From positions 160,001 through 224,000 of the forward strand of contig OZ244717.1 in assembly GCA_965218975.1 (NCBI GenBank): a stretch of 64,000 nt of DNA, read 5' to 3'. The stretch is from Candidatus Oxydemutatoraceae bacterium. GTDB lineage: Bacteria > Pseudomonadota > Gammaproteobacteria > Poriferisulfidales > Oxydemutatoraceae. Numbering within the stretch: position 1 is the first letter of the stretch; each line of letters opens with the position of its first letter. The notes beneath the pieces were generated by a model that made no database searches, was not told the DNA's origin, and saw nothing but the letters and a program-made list of their open reading frames with translations. Below are positions 10,702 through 22,782 of this stretch, piece after piece. The position numbers were made by a program, and so were the translations under genes.

Positions 10702-11519
10702 AGCGTACGCCGGGTCGCATCGAAATGAATACGCGCCTTGGCGGAAGGCGCAAATGCGACAAACGGGGGATTAATTAAGGAATCTTTCATATTATAACGA
10801 AAAGGGTTACCCGACCAATCAGTGAGTCGCCCTCCCGCCTCTTCAAGCACACATTGTCCGGCGGCAGTGTCCCATTCGTAAGTGTTGCCTAACCGCGGAT
10901 AAATATCCGCCTCCGCTGCAGCGATCAAACAGCACTTGATCATGCTCCCGCGACGTAGCAGTTTATGCGGCCCCAAACTCCTTAAGAAATCTTTTATCTT
11001 ATTTCTGGCATGGGAGAAACTTACCGCTACGACCGGCTCGGCGATTGGGAGTTGCCGCGCTTCAAGTGAAGTCACTTGATCGTTGATAAAACGATATGCG
11101 CCATTACCCATAGATGCCGCATAGCAACTTTCTTCGGTAGGAACATAAACCGCACCGAGGATGGCATGATGTCGATAAATCAATGCAATATTTACAGTAA
11201 AGTCATCGCGCTGATTAATAAATTCTTTGGTGCCATCCAGAGGGTCAACTAGCCAATAAGCTTCCCATCCCCTACGTTCAGAAAAAGGAATCTCCGAATT
11301 TTCCTCGGATAAAACCGGCAAATTCGGTTGTAATGCAGCGAGTTCCTCGGTAATAATCGTATGCGCAACTTTATCGGCTGCCGTTACCGGCGATCCGTCC
11401 TGTTTGTAATCAACAGAAAAATTATCAGCGTAAATTTCCCGGATGCTTCTCGCTGCGGATGCGCCGATCCTGCGCACTTCAACAAGCAACGATTCCAGAT
11501 CAAAGGGAGAAGGTGTCAT
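10698..11519 (-). CDS. cysQ: 3'(2'),5'-bisphosphate nucleotidase
   Basis: SPVTAAD, WLVDPLDGTKEF, EWDTAAG. Confidence 0.95.
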   Translation of the reverse strand: MTPSPFDLESLLVEVRRIGASAARSIREIYADNFSVDYKQDGSPVTAADKVAHTIITEELAALQPNLPVLSEENSEIPFSERRGWEAYWLVDPLDGTKEFINQRDDFTVNIALIYRHHAILGAVYVPTEESCYAASMGNGAYRFINDQVTSLEARQLPIAEPVVAVSFSHARNKIKDFLRSLGPHKLLRRGSMIKCCLIAAAEADIYPRLGNTYEWDTAAGQCVLEEAGGRLTDWSGNPFRYNMKDSLINPPFVAFAPSAKARIHFDATRRTL

Positions 11520-11528
11520 AATTAAATT

Positions 11529-11945
11529 TCAGCCTCGCACCCAACGCTTAAAACGCTTCTTACAATATTCTAATAACGATTCATAATTTTCAAAATATAG
11601 ATGAAACCCGTCTTCCGCCGGTGCGTCGTATTCGCAATACTCATTGGAATGATCACGGCAAATTTGCGGACGTATTTCGTAAATACCGCAGATGCCATGC
11701 GGACGCAAGTGTGTGCAAGTAGTTTCAAACAGCAGATACCAACCATCGTCGTCCTTATAAATCTTAACACCTTGATGTGAAACTTGCCACAAAAGATATT
11801 CAAAATCTTCTTTACTCCTTGGTGTATCTATTTTCTGAGTTACATACTGACAGCATTTGCTACCCACACAAAAACTACACTTATTCTCCGAAGTTAATAC
11901 AATTTGCGCATCAACTTTAATCGGAATGTTCCCAAAATGTTGCAT
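11529..11945 (-). CDS. YkgJ-family cysteine cluster protein
   Basis: CxxC...CC and CGIYEIRPQICR motifs. Confidence 0.85.
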   Translation of the reverse strand: MQHFGNIPIKVDAQIVLTSENKCSFCVGSKCCQYVTQKIDTPRSKEDFEYLLWQVSHQGVKIYKDDDGWYLLFETTCTHLRPHGICGIYEIRPQICRDHSNEYCEYDAPAEDGFHLYFENYESLLEYCKKRFKRWVRG

Positions 11946-11948
11946 TGC

Positions 11949-12386
11949 CTAAACCGCCCTGATACTCATTTGATTAATACTCCAAGCAAAAGTACAGTCC
12001 AGTTCGGCTCTGACCCACACCAATCCGTCCAATCCGTCTTGAACTATTTTCTCAAGAGGGGTTTGGTTATTGTTCAATCGCCGGTGAGGAATATTAATCC
12101 ATACTTTTCCCATCTCTTTGTTTTGCGGAAATGTCGTACGCAAAGCTTCAATAATACCAATAAGATGCTCAAGCCTTTCTTCTAATTGCGAATCCGGAAG
12201 AAAGCGACCATCGCGCCATTCCGCCATCCGACGCGCCAACCGCCCCTCCACGCCGAGTATTTTGGCAATTTCTCCCGATTGAAGCTCCCAATCCGAAAAC
12301 ACTCGCATTACCGACCGAATCTGATCATAATTAAACTTCATCGTTAAATTTTTAAGACGTAAACGAACCCTTGAGAATATATACAC
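11949..12386 (-). CDS. Xre/MbcA/ParS antitoxin-like (DUF2384) domain protein
   Basis: N-terminal HTH-like region, C-terminal WxxxPxxxLxxxTPL; start probably near MKFNY. Confidence 0.6.
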   Translation of the reverse strand: MYIFSRVRLRLKNLTMKFNYDQIRSVMRVFSDWELQSGEIAKILGVEGRLARRMAEWRDGRFLPDSQLEERLEHLIGIIEALRTTFPQNKEMGKVWINIPHRRLNNNQTPLEKIVQDGLDGLVWVRAELDCTFAWSINQMSIRAV

Positions 12387-12620
12387 TCAAGACCCATCTG
12401 CATAATACGGTTTTTCTCTCAAGTACTTGCCCTGAGCTTCCATCAATTCTTTTTCACGTTCGGCTATCAGGATGAAGCATTCTCGGATAGATTGTATTGT
12501 GCTGTCTTGTAACGGATGACGCATACCTTTTGAACTCGGTGTCGTATCTTTAATAATTTGTGCCAACACTTTACGCATCATGCGCATAATACGCTGCTCC
12601 TTGCTCAAACCATCCTGCAT
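12387..12620 (-). CDS. Small hypothetical protein
   Basis: 77-aa ORF with GAGGA RBS, abutting the next gene. Confidence 0.65.
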   Translation of the reverse strand: MQDGLSKEQRIMRMMRKVLAQIIKDTTPSSKGMRHPLQDSTIQSIRECFILIAEREKELMEAQGKYLREKPYYADGS

Positions 12621-12787
12621 TGTCCCGTCCTCACATAATTAAAAGCGCATTATATATAGAAGCATAAGGCTCCGGCAAAAAGAGACGATAAGTCATATTG
12701 TAGACAAGTTTACTCCGGCAAGGAAAGTGATAACGCACAAACTCGGTCAATGACGCTCACTGAAAATATCGTTCATTCTACAACATT

Positions 12788-13387
12788 TTAATCACGGGTA
12801 ATGCGATACAATGCAATCTCTCTGAACCAATTCGGCATAATCTGCGGACCGATACCAACGCGATGAGTGCAGTTAATCGCAATACGTTCCAAAATACGGA
12901 TCCTGCGTTTCGCACAAACATCTTCAAAATCTTTAACCGTACACAGATGGATATTTTCAGTTTCATACCACATCGCGGGCAATGCTTCGGTAACCGGCAT
13001 TCTTCCACGTAATAGAAATTGCAAGCGGCAGCGCCAATGCCCCATATTGGGAAAAGTGATAATTCCCTCATTACCGACGTGTAACATTTCTTCAAGCAGT
13101 TCTACCGGATTGGGTAAAGCTTGTAATGTCTGAGTCATAACGACGTAATCGAACATATTATTGTTGAAATAATGTGTCAGTCCATCGTTTAAATTAATTT
13201 GAATTACATTGACACCATTCTTAATACATCGGACAACATTCGCATCGTCTATTTCCAAACCTAACCCGCGTACGCCTCTTTGCTGCGCCAAATACTTCAA
13301 CAAGGCGCCGTCGCCACAACCCAAATCCAAAACGTTGGAGCCTCGCTGAATCCAATTGCAGATAATTTCCAGATCGGCACGCATCAT
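12788..13387 (-). CDS. metW: Methionine biosynthesis protein MetW
   Basis: [27 protein letters not shown]; coupled to metX. Confidence 0.95.
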   Translation of the reverse strand: MMRADLEIICNWIQRGSNVLDLGCGDGALLKYLAQQRGVRGLGLEIDDANVVRCIKNGVNVIQINLNDGLTHYFNNNMFDYVVMTQTLQALPNPVELLEEMLHVGNEGIITFPNMGHWRCRLQFLLRGRMPVTEALPAMWYETENIHLCTVKDFEDVCAKRRIRILERIAINCTHRVGIGPQIMPNWFREIALYRITRD

Positions 13388-14544
13388 TCGCTTTCGCGCA
13401 CTATTTCCGGCACCACTTTGCTACTCATGTAAGATTTCAGCACTTCCATATATTGCGGGATCGCCATTAAAAAAGCATCGTGTCCTTGTTGTGCAGTGAT
13501 CTCCGTGTATGTTGTACGCTTACCCGATTTCAACAGTGCATGGACAATTTCGCGCGAGCGTTCCAGCGGGAATCGCCAGTCGGTTGTAAACGAAACCACT
13601 AAAAATTGGGCATTGGTTGCAGCAAAAGCTCGCGACAATTGATCATCAAAATCGGCAGCGGGATCAAAATAATCCAGCACTTTTGTCATCAGTAAGTAAG
13701 TGTTGGCATCAAAACGGTCGACAAAGGATCTGCCTTGATAACGTAAATAACTTTCCACCTGAAAATCCACATCGAACCCGAAGCTCAACTTACCCTCGCG
13801 TAAATCACGTCCGAATTTACTCCGCATAGCATCGTCCGAAAGGTAAGTGATATGTCCCAGCATCCGCGCAAGCATTAATCCTCGCCGCGGCACGCTGTGA
13901 TCGTAATAATTGCCGCCATTAAATTCCGGGTCGGCAATAATTGCCTGTCGAGCAACTTCATTGAAAGCAATGTTTTGCGCAGATAACCTAGGCGCCGCCG
14001 CAATGACTAACGCATGTCTCAAGTCGTGCGGATAGTCAATGGCCCACTGCATTACCTGCATTCCTCCCAAACTACCGCCGATCACTGCTGCCCAACGCCC
14101 AATACCTAATGCATCGCCGAGCATTTTTTGACTACGTACCCAATCGCGCACAGTCACGATGGGGAAATCAGCCGCATATAACTTGCCGGTTTCGGGGTTG
14201 ATGGTGTTCGGCCCGCTACTTCCTTTGCAACCACCTAAATTATTCGGACAAACAAAAAAGAATTGATCCGTATCAAAAGGTTTCCCAGGCCCGATACAAG
14301 TATCCCACCATCCGGGTTTTTTATCTTTCATACTATGATAGCCTGCCGCATGTTGGTCGCTAGACAAAGCATGACAAACCAACACCGCGTTTGAAGCATC
14401 TTTATTCAATTTGCCATACGTTTCATATGCAAGCGTAAAATTAGGTAAAATGCGCTCACAATCCAATAGCAACGACTGACGAATTGATATGGTCTGCGGT
14501 CGGACAATTCCAACAGAATCAAATGGTATGTTGTCTGGCATCAA
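13384..14544 (-). CDS. metX: Homoserine O-acyltransferase
   Basis: [20 protein letters not shown]. Confidence 0.95.
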   Translation of the reverse strand: MMPDNIPFDSVGIVRPQTISIRQSLLLDCERILPNFTLAYETYGKLNKDASNAVLVCHALSSDQHAAGYHSMKDKKPGWWDTCIGPGKPFDTDQFFFVCPNNLGGCKGSSGPNTINPETGKLYAADFPIVTVRDWVRSQKMLGDALGIGRWAAVIGGSLGGMQVMQWAIDYPHDLRHALVIAAAPRLSAQNIAFNEVARQAIIADPEFNGGNYYDHSVPRRGLMLARMLGHITYLSDDAMRSKFGRDLREGKLSFGFDVDFQVESYLRYQGRSFVDRFDANTYLLMTKVLDYFDPAADFDDQLSRAFAATNAQFLVVSFTTDWRFPLERSREIVHALLKSGKRTTYTEITAQQGHDAFLMAIPQYMEVLKSYMSSKVVPEIVRESE

Positions 14545-14887
14545 ACTCTTCGAGGACTATTCCTTGTTTTGCATTTATCGGAATTATATAGATAGTCGGC
14601 AGTGAGTGCAGTAACACGTATCATCGTCACCGCATTTTAGGTTTTTCGAAACTATTCAGCCTTTACTTTTCTATTTCTGTAAAAATGGTGATCCGATGAA
14701 AATTTCATCATTTCCTACAAAGTATCATGCCCAAAAAACACGGACAGAAATGACCTGTTAAGTTAAGGGGACGACATATACTGCTCTAATTAAGTAATGG
14801 GTAAAAATAAACAAGATGATGACGTTTTTTTGCATAACCTCAGCAGATGCGTATAATGCTTCCCCTTTAGTTACGATAAATTTTATT

Positions 14888-15100
14888 ATGCCGGGAGTAA
14901 AAGTTAAAGAAAACGAACCTTTTGATGTCGCATTGCGCCGATTTCGCCGGTCCTGCGAAAAAGCCGGAATCCTAACCGAAATACGGAGGCGAGAGTTTTA
15001 TGAAAAACCGACAACTATTCGCAAACGCAAAGCCGCCGCTGCGGTCAAACGGCAACGCAAACAAAACGGTCTCTTTCCTCGCCACAACCGCCTTTATTGA
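14888..15100 (+). CDS. rpsU: 30S ribosomal protein S21
   Basis: [19 protein letters not shown]...RRREFYEKP; start moved to ATG 14888. Confidence 0.97.
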   Translation: MPGVKVKENEPFDVALRRFRRSCEKAGILTEIRRREFYEKPTTIRKRKAAAAVKRQRKQNGLFPRHNRLY

Positions 15101-18086
<2,986 letters not shown>

Positions 18087-18095
18087 ACGGTTCGT

Positions 18096-19853
18096 TTAGT
18101 AATCGCCGTGTACAATTTCGACTTGCGGCATTCCCCAACAAACATGCCCCATATCTTGCGCCATTTGCCCTAATCCTTCCGTTTCAATATAGTGGCGATA
18201 AGGGTGCGGCGGAAAAATTAATCCTTTGCGATGAATATCAGCATTTACCAAAAGCATCGTACCGCCTACACCGTCCAACTCAACATAATCCGTATCGGGA
18301 AAATGTTTTAGATAATAACGTCCGTAACCGACCGGCGGTTGCAAAATACCGTCAATCAGATATCGTTCCCAATCAAGCGTATCCGCATCTTCACGTAACT
18401 TAAAAGTATTCAAATCAAAAGTATCGCCATTCTCTCCGACACAATGCGGCACAACAATATCTTTACCGGACTGTAAGAGGTGAAGAAATGTATCCTCATG
18501 CCAACTGAGAAGGTCCGCATCAACCCATAATACCCACGCCTCATCGCGCAATGTCCTGCTTAATAATACGTTGCGGCTTTGTGCCAAAATCGACCGCCGC
18601 CGGAACTGTTGGCCGACGGCCCAACGTTGCCCTCGCATACGATAAGCAAAATCTTGTTTATGCAACTCAACGCGCGCATATTTCTTACGCAATTCAGGCA
18701 ATAACTCTTTGAGCAAATCGTAAGAACCGTCATCGCTGTCACTCTCAAGCAAACCGATGGAAATTTTTTTCTCGGGATAATCCGTGCCGGCAAGATTCTG
18801 GAAAAACCTTGGAATGTGCGACATGGCATTTTTAACCGGCGTCAAAATCAATAAATCCGGATAGGCATCGGGACGCTTGACTACAGGCAAAGGTTTCGAA
18901 GTATCCTCATGCATCGCTTTGGTTTCCGCCTTTGTAGCCAAATCAATACCATATTCCGCCGACAAATCACGCAACTTTACCGCATATTGATCGCCGCAAT
19001 AACGATACGAGTGTTGCCGGATAATCTTCTTATAATGTCCGACCCCCCAAGTGTTTTGCCCATGAAAAACGTAAATATAGGCATCCGGTCGGTCACATAA
19101 TGCCGTTCTCGCAGTGCGTACAATTGCATTACACACCACCGTATCCTCGCCTTTTTTCATCGGCGCATAATCGGGAACCAACCGCTTCTCGCAAACCATT
19201 GTGCCCTCTGCCATGCAATAGCCGGAAATATCTAAACGATGCCGCTCAGGAGACCACAAAAGCTGACGATGCAAAAAGCAGACTTCAACTTCCAATGCCC
19301 GAATGACGCCCATTTGCAATGATAATCTGTCGGGGTGGCTCAGATCGTCATCGTCCCATTGCGCAATGTATTCTCCGCTCGCATGGTCTAACGATACATT
19401 GCGCAAGTGGCCTAGCGAATAATTTTTATTCGGTAAACGAATATGCACAATCGATGCATCCGACAAAGAATCCGTCCATTGCTTTAACCGATCGTCAGAA
19501 TCATAATCAATAATAATCAGTTCTTTACTCGGATAACTTTGTCTGCGAAAGCATTCAATTGATTTCTGCGCCAGCGAGAACCGCTTGCGTGTTATCATCA
19601 GGCAAGAAATTTTAGGATGAGACGACTGTTGTAAAATATCGTAAGCAACCGGCAAATCAACCGCAGCATGCGATACACACCGTCCGTGCACTAAACAGCT
19701 TGTCCAAACCTGCGATGCGGATAAAGGAGGCAGGACAAGCGGTGAAGGAATCTTAAAACTCCACCGAAAACCTTTTTCAGGATGAAGTAAGAAATAAAAG
19801 CGCCGTGCCCAACATCCGGACCAATTCCGAATCTGTCGCTCTAGACTATTCAT
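18096..19853 (-). CDS. Two-domain glycosyltransferase (GT2 plus Anp1/GT62-like), copy 1
   Basis: N-part LRN...GEYIAQWDDDD; C-part LTPVKNA, WVLWVDAD, LDGVGG, IETEG resembling Anp1/Mnn9/Van1. Confidence 0.75.
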   Translation of the reverse strand: MNSLERQIRNWSGCWARRFYFLLHPEKGFRWSFKIPSPLVLPPLSASQVWTSCLVHGRCVSHAAVDLPVAYDILQQSSHPKISCLMITRKRFSLAQKSIECFRRQSYPSKELIIIDYDSDDRLKQWTDSLSDASIVHIRLPNKNYSLGHLRNVSLDHASGEYIAQWDDDDLSHPDRLSLQMGVIRALEVEVCFLHRQLLWSPERHRLDISGYCMAEGTMVCEKRLVPDYAPMKKGEDTVVCNAIVRTARTALCDRPDAYIYVFHGQNTWGVGHYKKIIRQHSYRYCGDQYAVKLRDLSAEYGIDLATKAETKAMHEDTSKPLPVVKRPDAYPDLLILTPVKNAMSHIPRFFQNLAGTDYPEKKISIGLLESDSDDGSYDLLKELLPELRKKYARVELHKQDFAYRMRGQRWAVGQQFRRRSILAQSRNVLLSRTLRDEAWVLWVDADLLSWHEDTFLHLLQSGKDIVVPHCVGENGDTFDLNTFKLREDADTLDWERYLIDGILQPPVGYGRYYLKHFPDTDYVELDGVGGTMLLVNADIHRKGLIFPPHPYRHYIETEGLGQMAQDMGHVCWGMPQVEIVHGDY

Positions 19854-20292
19854 TTCTTATACCCCGCAACAAGTACATAAACCGAAGCGGATATTTTCAT
19901 CCGAGCAGCAAAATCCAATCTGTCTGCAGGTTAAAACAAATCACAAGGCTGACCGGGATTCTGCGTCAACGTAAAAACATCCGGCTCTATTTGAACATGG
20001 ATCAAATGTATCGCCAAGTTGGCTTTCACGGAAGATAACCGATTGGCATAGTCTGTTCCCCGGAAACATTCCGGATACCGGCAGGATCAAGAGGCTTTTA
20101 CACATTTGATTAGAATGAATATAAGGCGTTACACCACTCCCGCCATTGTGGAAACGCCTTGGCTTTCAACTCCGATAAGCAATCTTGTCTTGGCCTTTTG
20201 GCATAGCTATTGCCCATAGCAAGGCGTCTAATAAGTCTCAGAAAAATCGCTCATCCGCTTATCAATCTGCCCATTGTGCGACTTACTATTGC

Positions 20293-22062
20293 TTAGTAAT
20301 CGCCGTGTACAATTTCGACTTGCGGCATTCCCCAACAAACATGCCCCATATCTTGCGCCATTTGCCCTAATCCTTCCGTTTCAATATAGTGGCGATAAGG
20401 GTGCGGCGGAAAAATTAATCCTTTGCGATGAATATCAGCATTTACCAAAAGCATCGTACCGCCTACACCGTCCAACTCAACATAATCCGTATCGGGAAAA
20501 TGTTTTAGATAATAACGTCCGTAACCGACCGGCGGTTGCAAAATACCGTCAATCAGATATCGTTCCCAATCAAGCGTATCCGCATCTTCACGTAACTTAA
20601 AAGTATTCAAATCAAAAGTATCGCCATTCTCTCCGACACAATGCGGCACAACAATATCTTTACCGGACTGTAAGAGGTGAAGAAATGTATCCTCATGCCA
20701 ACTGAGAAGGTCCGCATCAACCCATAATACCCACGCCTCATCGCGCAATGTCCTGCTTAATAATACGTTGCGGCTTTGTGCCAAAATCGACCGCCGCCGG
20801 AACTGTTGGCCGACGGCCCAACGTTGCCCTCGCATACGATAAGCAAAATCTTGTTTATGCAACTCAACGCGCGCATATTTCTTACGCAATTCAGGCAATA
20901 ACTCTTTGAGCAAATCGTAAGAACCGTCATCGCTGTCACTCTCAAGCAAACCGATGGAAATTTTTTTCTCGGGATAATCCGTGCCGGCAAGATTCTGGAA
21001 AAACCTTGGAATGTGCGGCATGGCATTTTTAACCGGCGTCAAAATCAATAAATCCGGATAGGCATCGGGACGCTTGACTACAGGCAAAGGTTTCGAAGTA
21101 TCCTCATGCATCGCTTTGGTTTCCGCCTTTGTAGCCAAATCAATACCATATTCCGCCGACAAATCACGCAACTTTACCGCATATTGATCACCGCAATAAC
21201 GATACGAGTGTTGCCGGATAATCTTCTTATAATGTCCGACTCCCCAAGTGTTTTGCCCATGAAAAACGTAAATATAGGCATCCGGTCGGTCACATAATGC
21301 CGTTCTCGCAGTGCGTACAATCGTATCGCACACCGCCGTATCCTCGCCTTTTTTCATCGGCGCATAATCGGGAACCAACCGCTTCTCGCAAACCATTGTG
21401 TTCTCTGCCATACAATAGCCGGAAATATCTAAACAATGCCGTTCGGGAAACCACAAAAGCTGACGATGCAAAAAGCAGACTTCAACTTCCAATGCCCGAA
21501 TGACGCCCATTTGCAATGATAATCTGTCGGGGTGGCTCAGATCGTCATCGTCCCATTGCGCAATGTATTCTCCGCTCGCATGGTCTAACGATACATTGCG
21601 CAAGTGGCCTAGCGAATGATTTTTATTCGGTAAACGAATATGCACAATCGATGCATCCGACAAAGAATCCGTCCATTGCTTTAACTGATCATCAGAATCA
21701 TCGTCAATAATAATCAGTTCTTTACTCGAATAACTTTGTCTGCGAAAGCATTCAATTGATTTCTGCACCAGCGAGAACCTCTTGCGCGTTATCATCAGGC
21801 AGGAAATTTTGGGATGAGACGACTGTCGCAAAATATCGTAAGCAACCGGCAAATCAACCGCAGCATGCGATACACACCGTCCGTGCACTAAGCAACTTGT
21901 CCAAACCTGCGGCGCGGGTAAGGGGCGCGGGGCAAGCGGTGAAGGAATCTTAAAACTCCAATAGCGTAAATATTGCCAGCTTTCTCCGGGACGAAGTAAA
22001 ATATAAAAGCGCCGTCCCCAACGCTTAATCCAATTCCGGGTACATTGTTTTAATTTACTCAT
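20293..22062 (-). CDS. Two-domain glycosyltransferase (GT2 plus Anp1/GT62-like), copy 2
   Basis: Near-identical to copy 1 at offset 2197; start overlaps GT32 stop. Confidence 0.75.
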   Translation of the reverse strand: MSKLKQCTRNWIKRWGRRFYILLRPGESWQYLRYWSFKIPSPLAPRPLPAPQVWTSCLVHGRCVSHAAVDLPVAYDILRQSSHPKISCLMITRKRFSLVQKSIECFRRQSYSSKELIIIDDDSDDQLKQWTDSLSDASIVHIRLPNKNHSLGHLRNVSLDHASGEYIAQWDDDDLSHPDRLSLQMGVIRALEVEVCFLHRQLLWFPERHCLDISGYCMAENTMVCEKRLVPDYAPMKKGEDTAVCDTIVRTARTALCDRPDAYIYVFHGQNTWGVGHYKKIIRQHSYRYCGDQYAVKLRDLSAEYGIDLATKAETKAMHEDTSKPLPVVKRPDAYPDLLILTPVKNAMPHIPRFFQNLAGTDYPEKKISIGLLESDSDDGSYDLLKELLPELRKKYARVELHKQDFAYRMRGQRWAVGQQFRRRSILAQSRNVLLSRTLRDEAWVLWVDADLLSWHEDTFLHLLQSGKDIVVPHCVGENGDTFDLNTFKLREDADTLDWERYLIDGILQPPVGYGRYYLKHFPDTDYVELDGVGGTMLLVNADIHRKGLIFPPHPYRHYIETEGLGQMAQDMGHVCWGMPQVEIVHGDY

Positions 22063-22774
22063 TTTTTGTATTCCATAACAAACGCTGAACCATTCTAATT
22101 AAACCGCGTCCACGCCACCACGTTCCTTGCCAATGATGAATAGCGTATGCATCATCAAGATCCCAACTTGATCGCTGCAGATAAATTTGATCTTTATCGA
22201 CCGGGTAAAGCTTTCGGTAAGATTCGATGCTAATATCGGCTTTGTTCGGGTAAGTAGAATAAGCTTGGGAAGCAAGCAGCGGTCCGGTACTAATCAATAC
22301 ATCGTCGGTGATTTTTTGCATCGTCATCAGATGAATCAAATGATCTAAAAACGGATGCTGCGGAACGGATGCTATAAAAGCATTGCAAAGTATCTTACCG
22401 TCTGCCGGTTTTTCGGAAAGTTTATATAGATGTGACGGCGGTTCGCAACCGATGACCAACTGTTTGTTTTCAAGCAATTGATCTACCGAACGCAAACACT
22501 CGAAGTCTAAATCAACATAAATCCCGCCGTAGTGCTTTAAGATAAAATAGCGTGCCGCATCGGCCCGCATAATATTTTCAGGATACATTTCGTATGTCGG
22601 TACGAACCACGCATAATATTTTTCCAAAAACTCGAGATTATCTTTATCGGTCCAGAAACGATGTTCGGAATTAGGATGATACCGCATCCATGTCGCGCGA
22701 AATTGCTTAAATTGCTGCGGCAACCGCTGCGATTTCCATGTTTGATGGAAAATGTAGGGAATATAGCGTGCCAC
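22055..22774 (-). CDS. GT32 (Och1-like DXD) glycosyltransferase
   Basis: IPYIFHQTW, RADAARYFIL..YGGIYVDLD, STGP, HHWQGTW. Confidence 0.85.
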   Translation of the reverse strand: MARYIPYIFHQTWKSQRLPQQFKQFRATWMRYHPNSEHRFWTDKDNLEFLEKYYAWFVPTYEMYPENIMRADAARYFILKHYGGIYVDLDFECLRSVDQLLENKQLVIGCEPPSHLYKLSEKPADGKILCNAFIASVPQHPFLDHLIHLMTMQKITDDVLISTGPLLASQAYSTYPNKADISIESYRKLYPVDKDQIYLQRSSWDLDDAYAIHHWQGTWWRGRGLIRMVQRLLWNTKNE

Positions 22775-22782
22775 GATTTAGT

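Noticed and set aside
19854-20292. Possible gene remnant between the duplicated glycosyltransferases
   Set aside because: Stops interrupt the candidate frames and no motif was recognisable.
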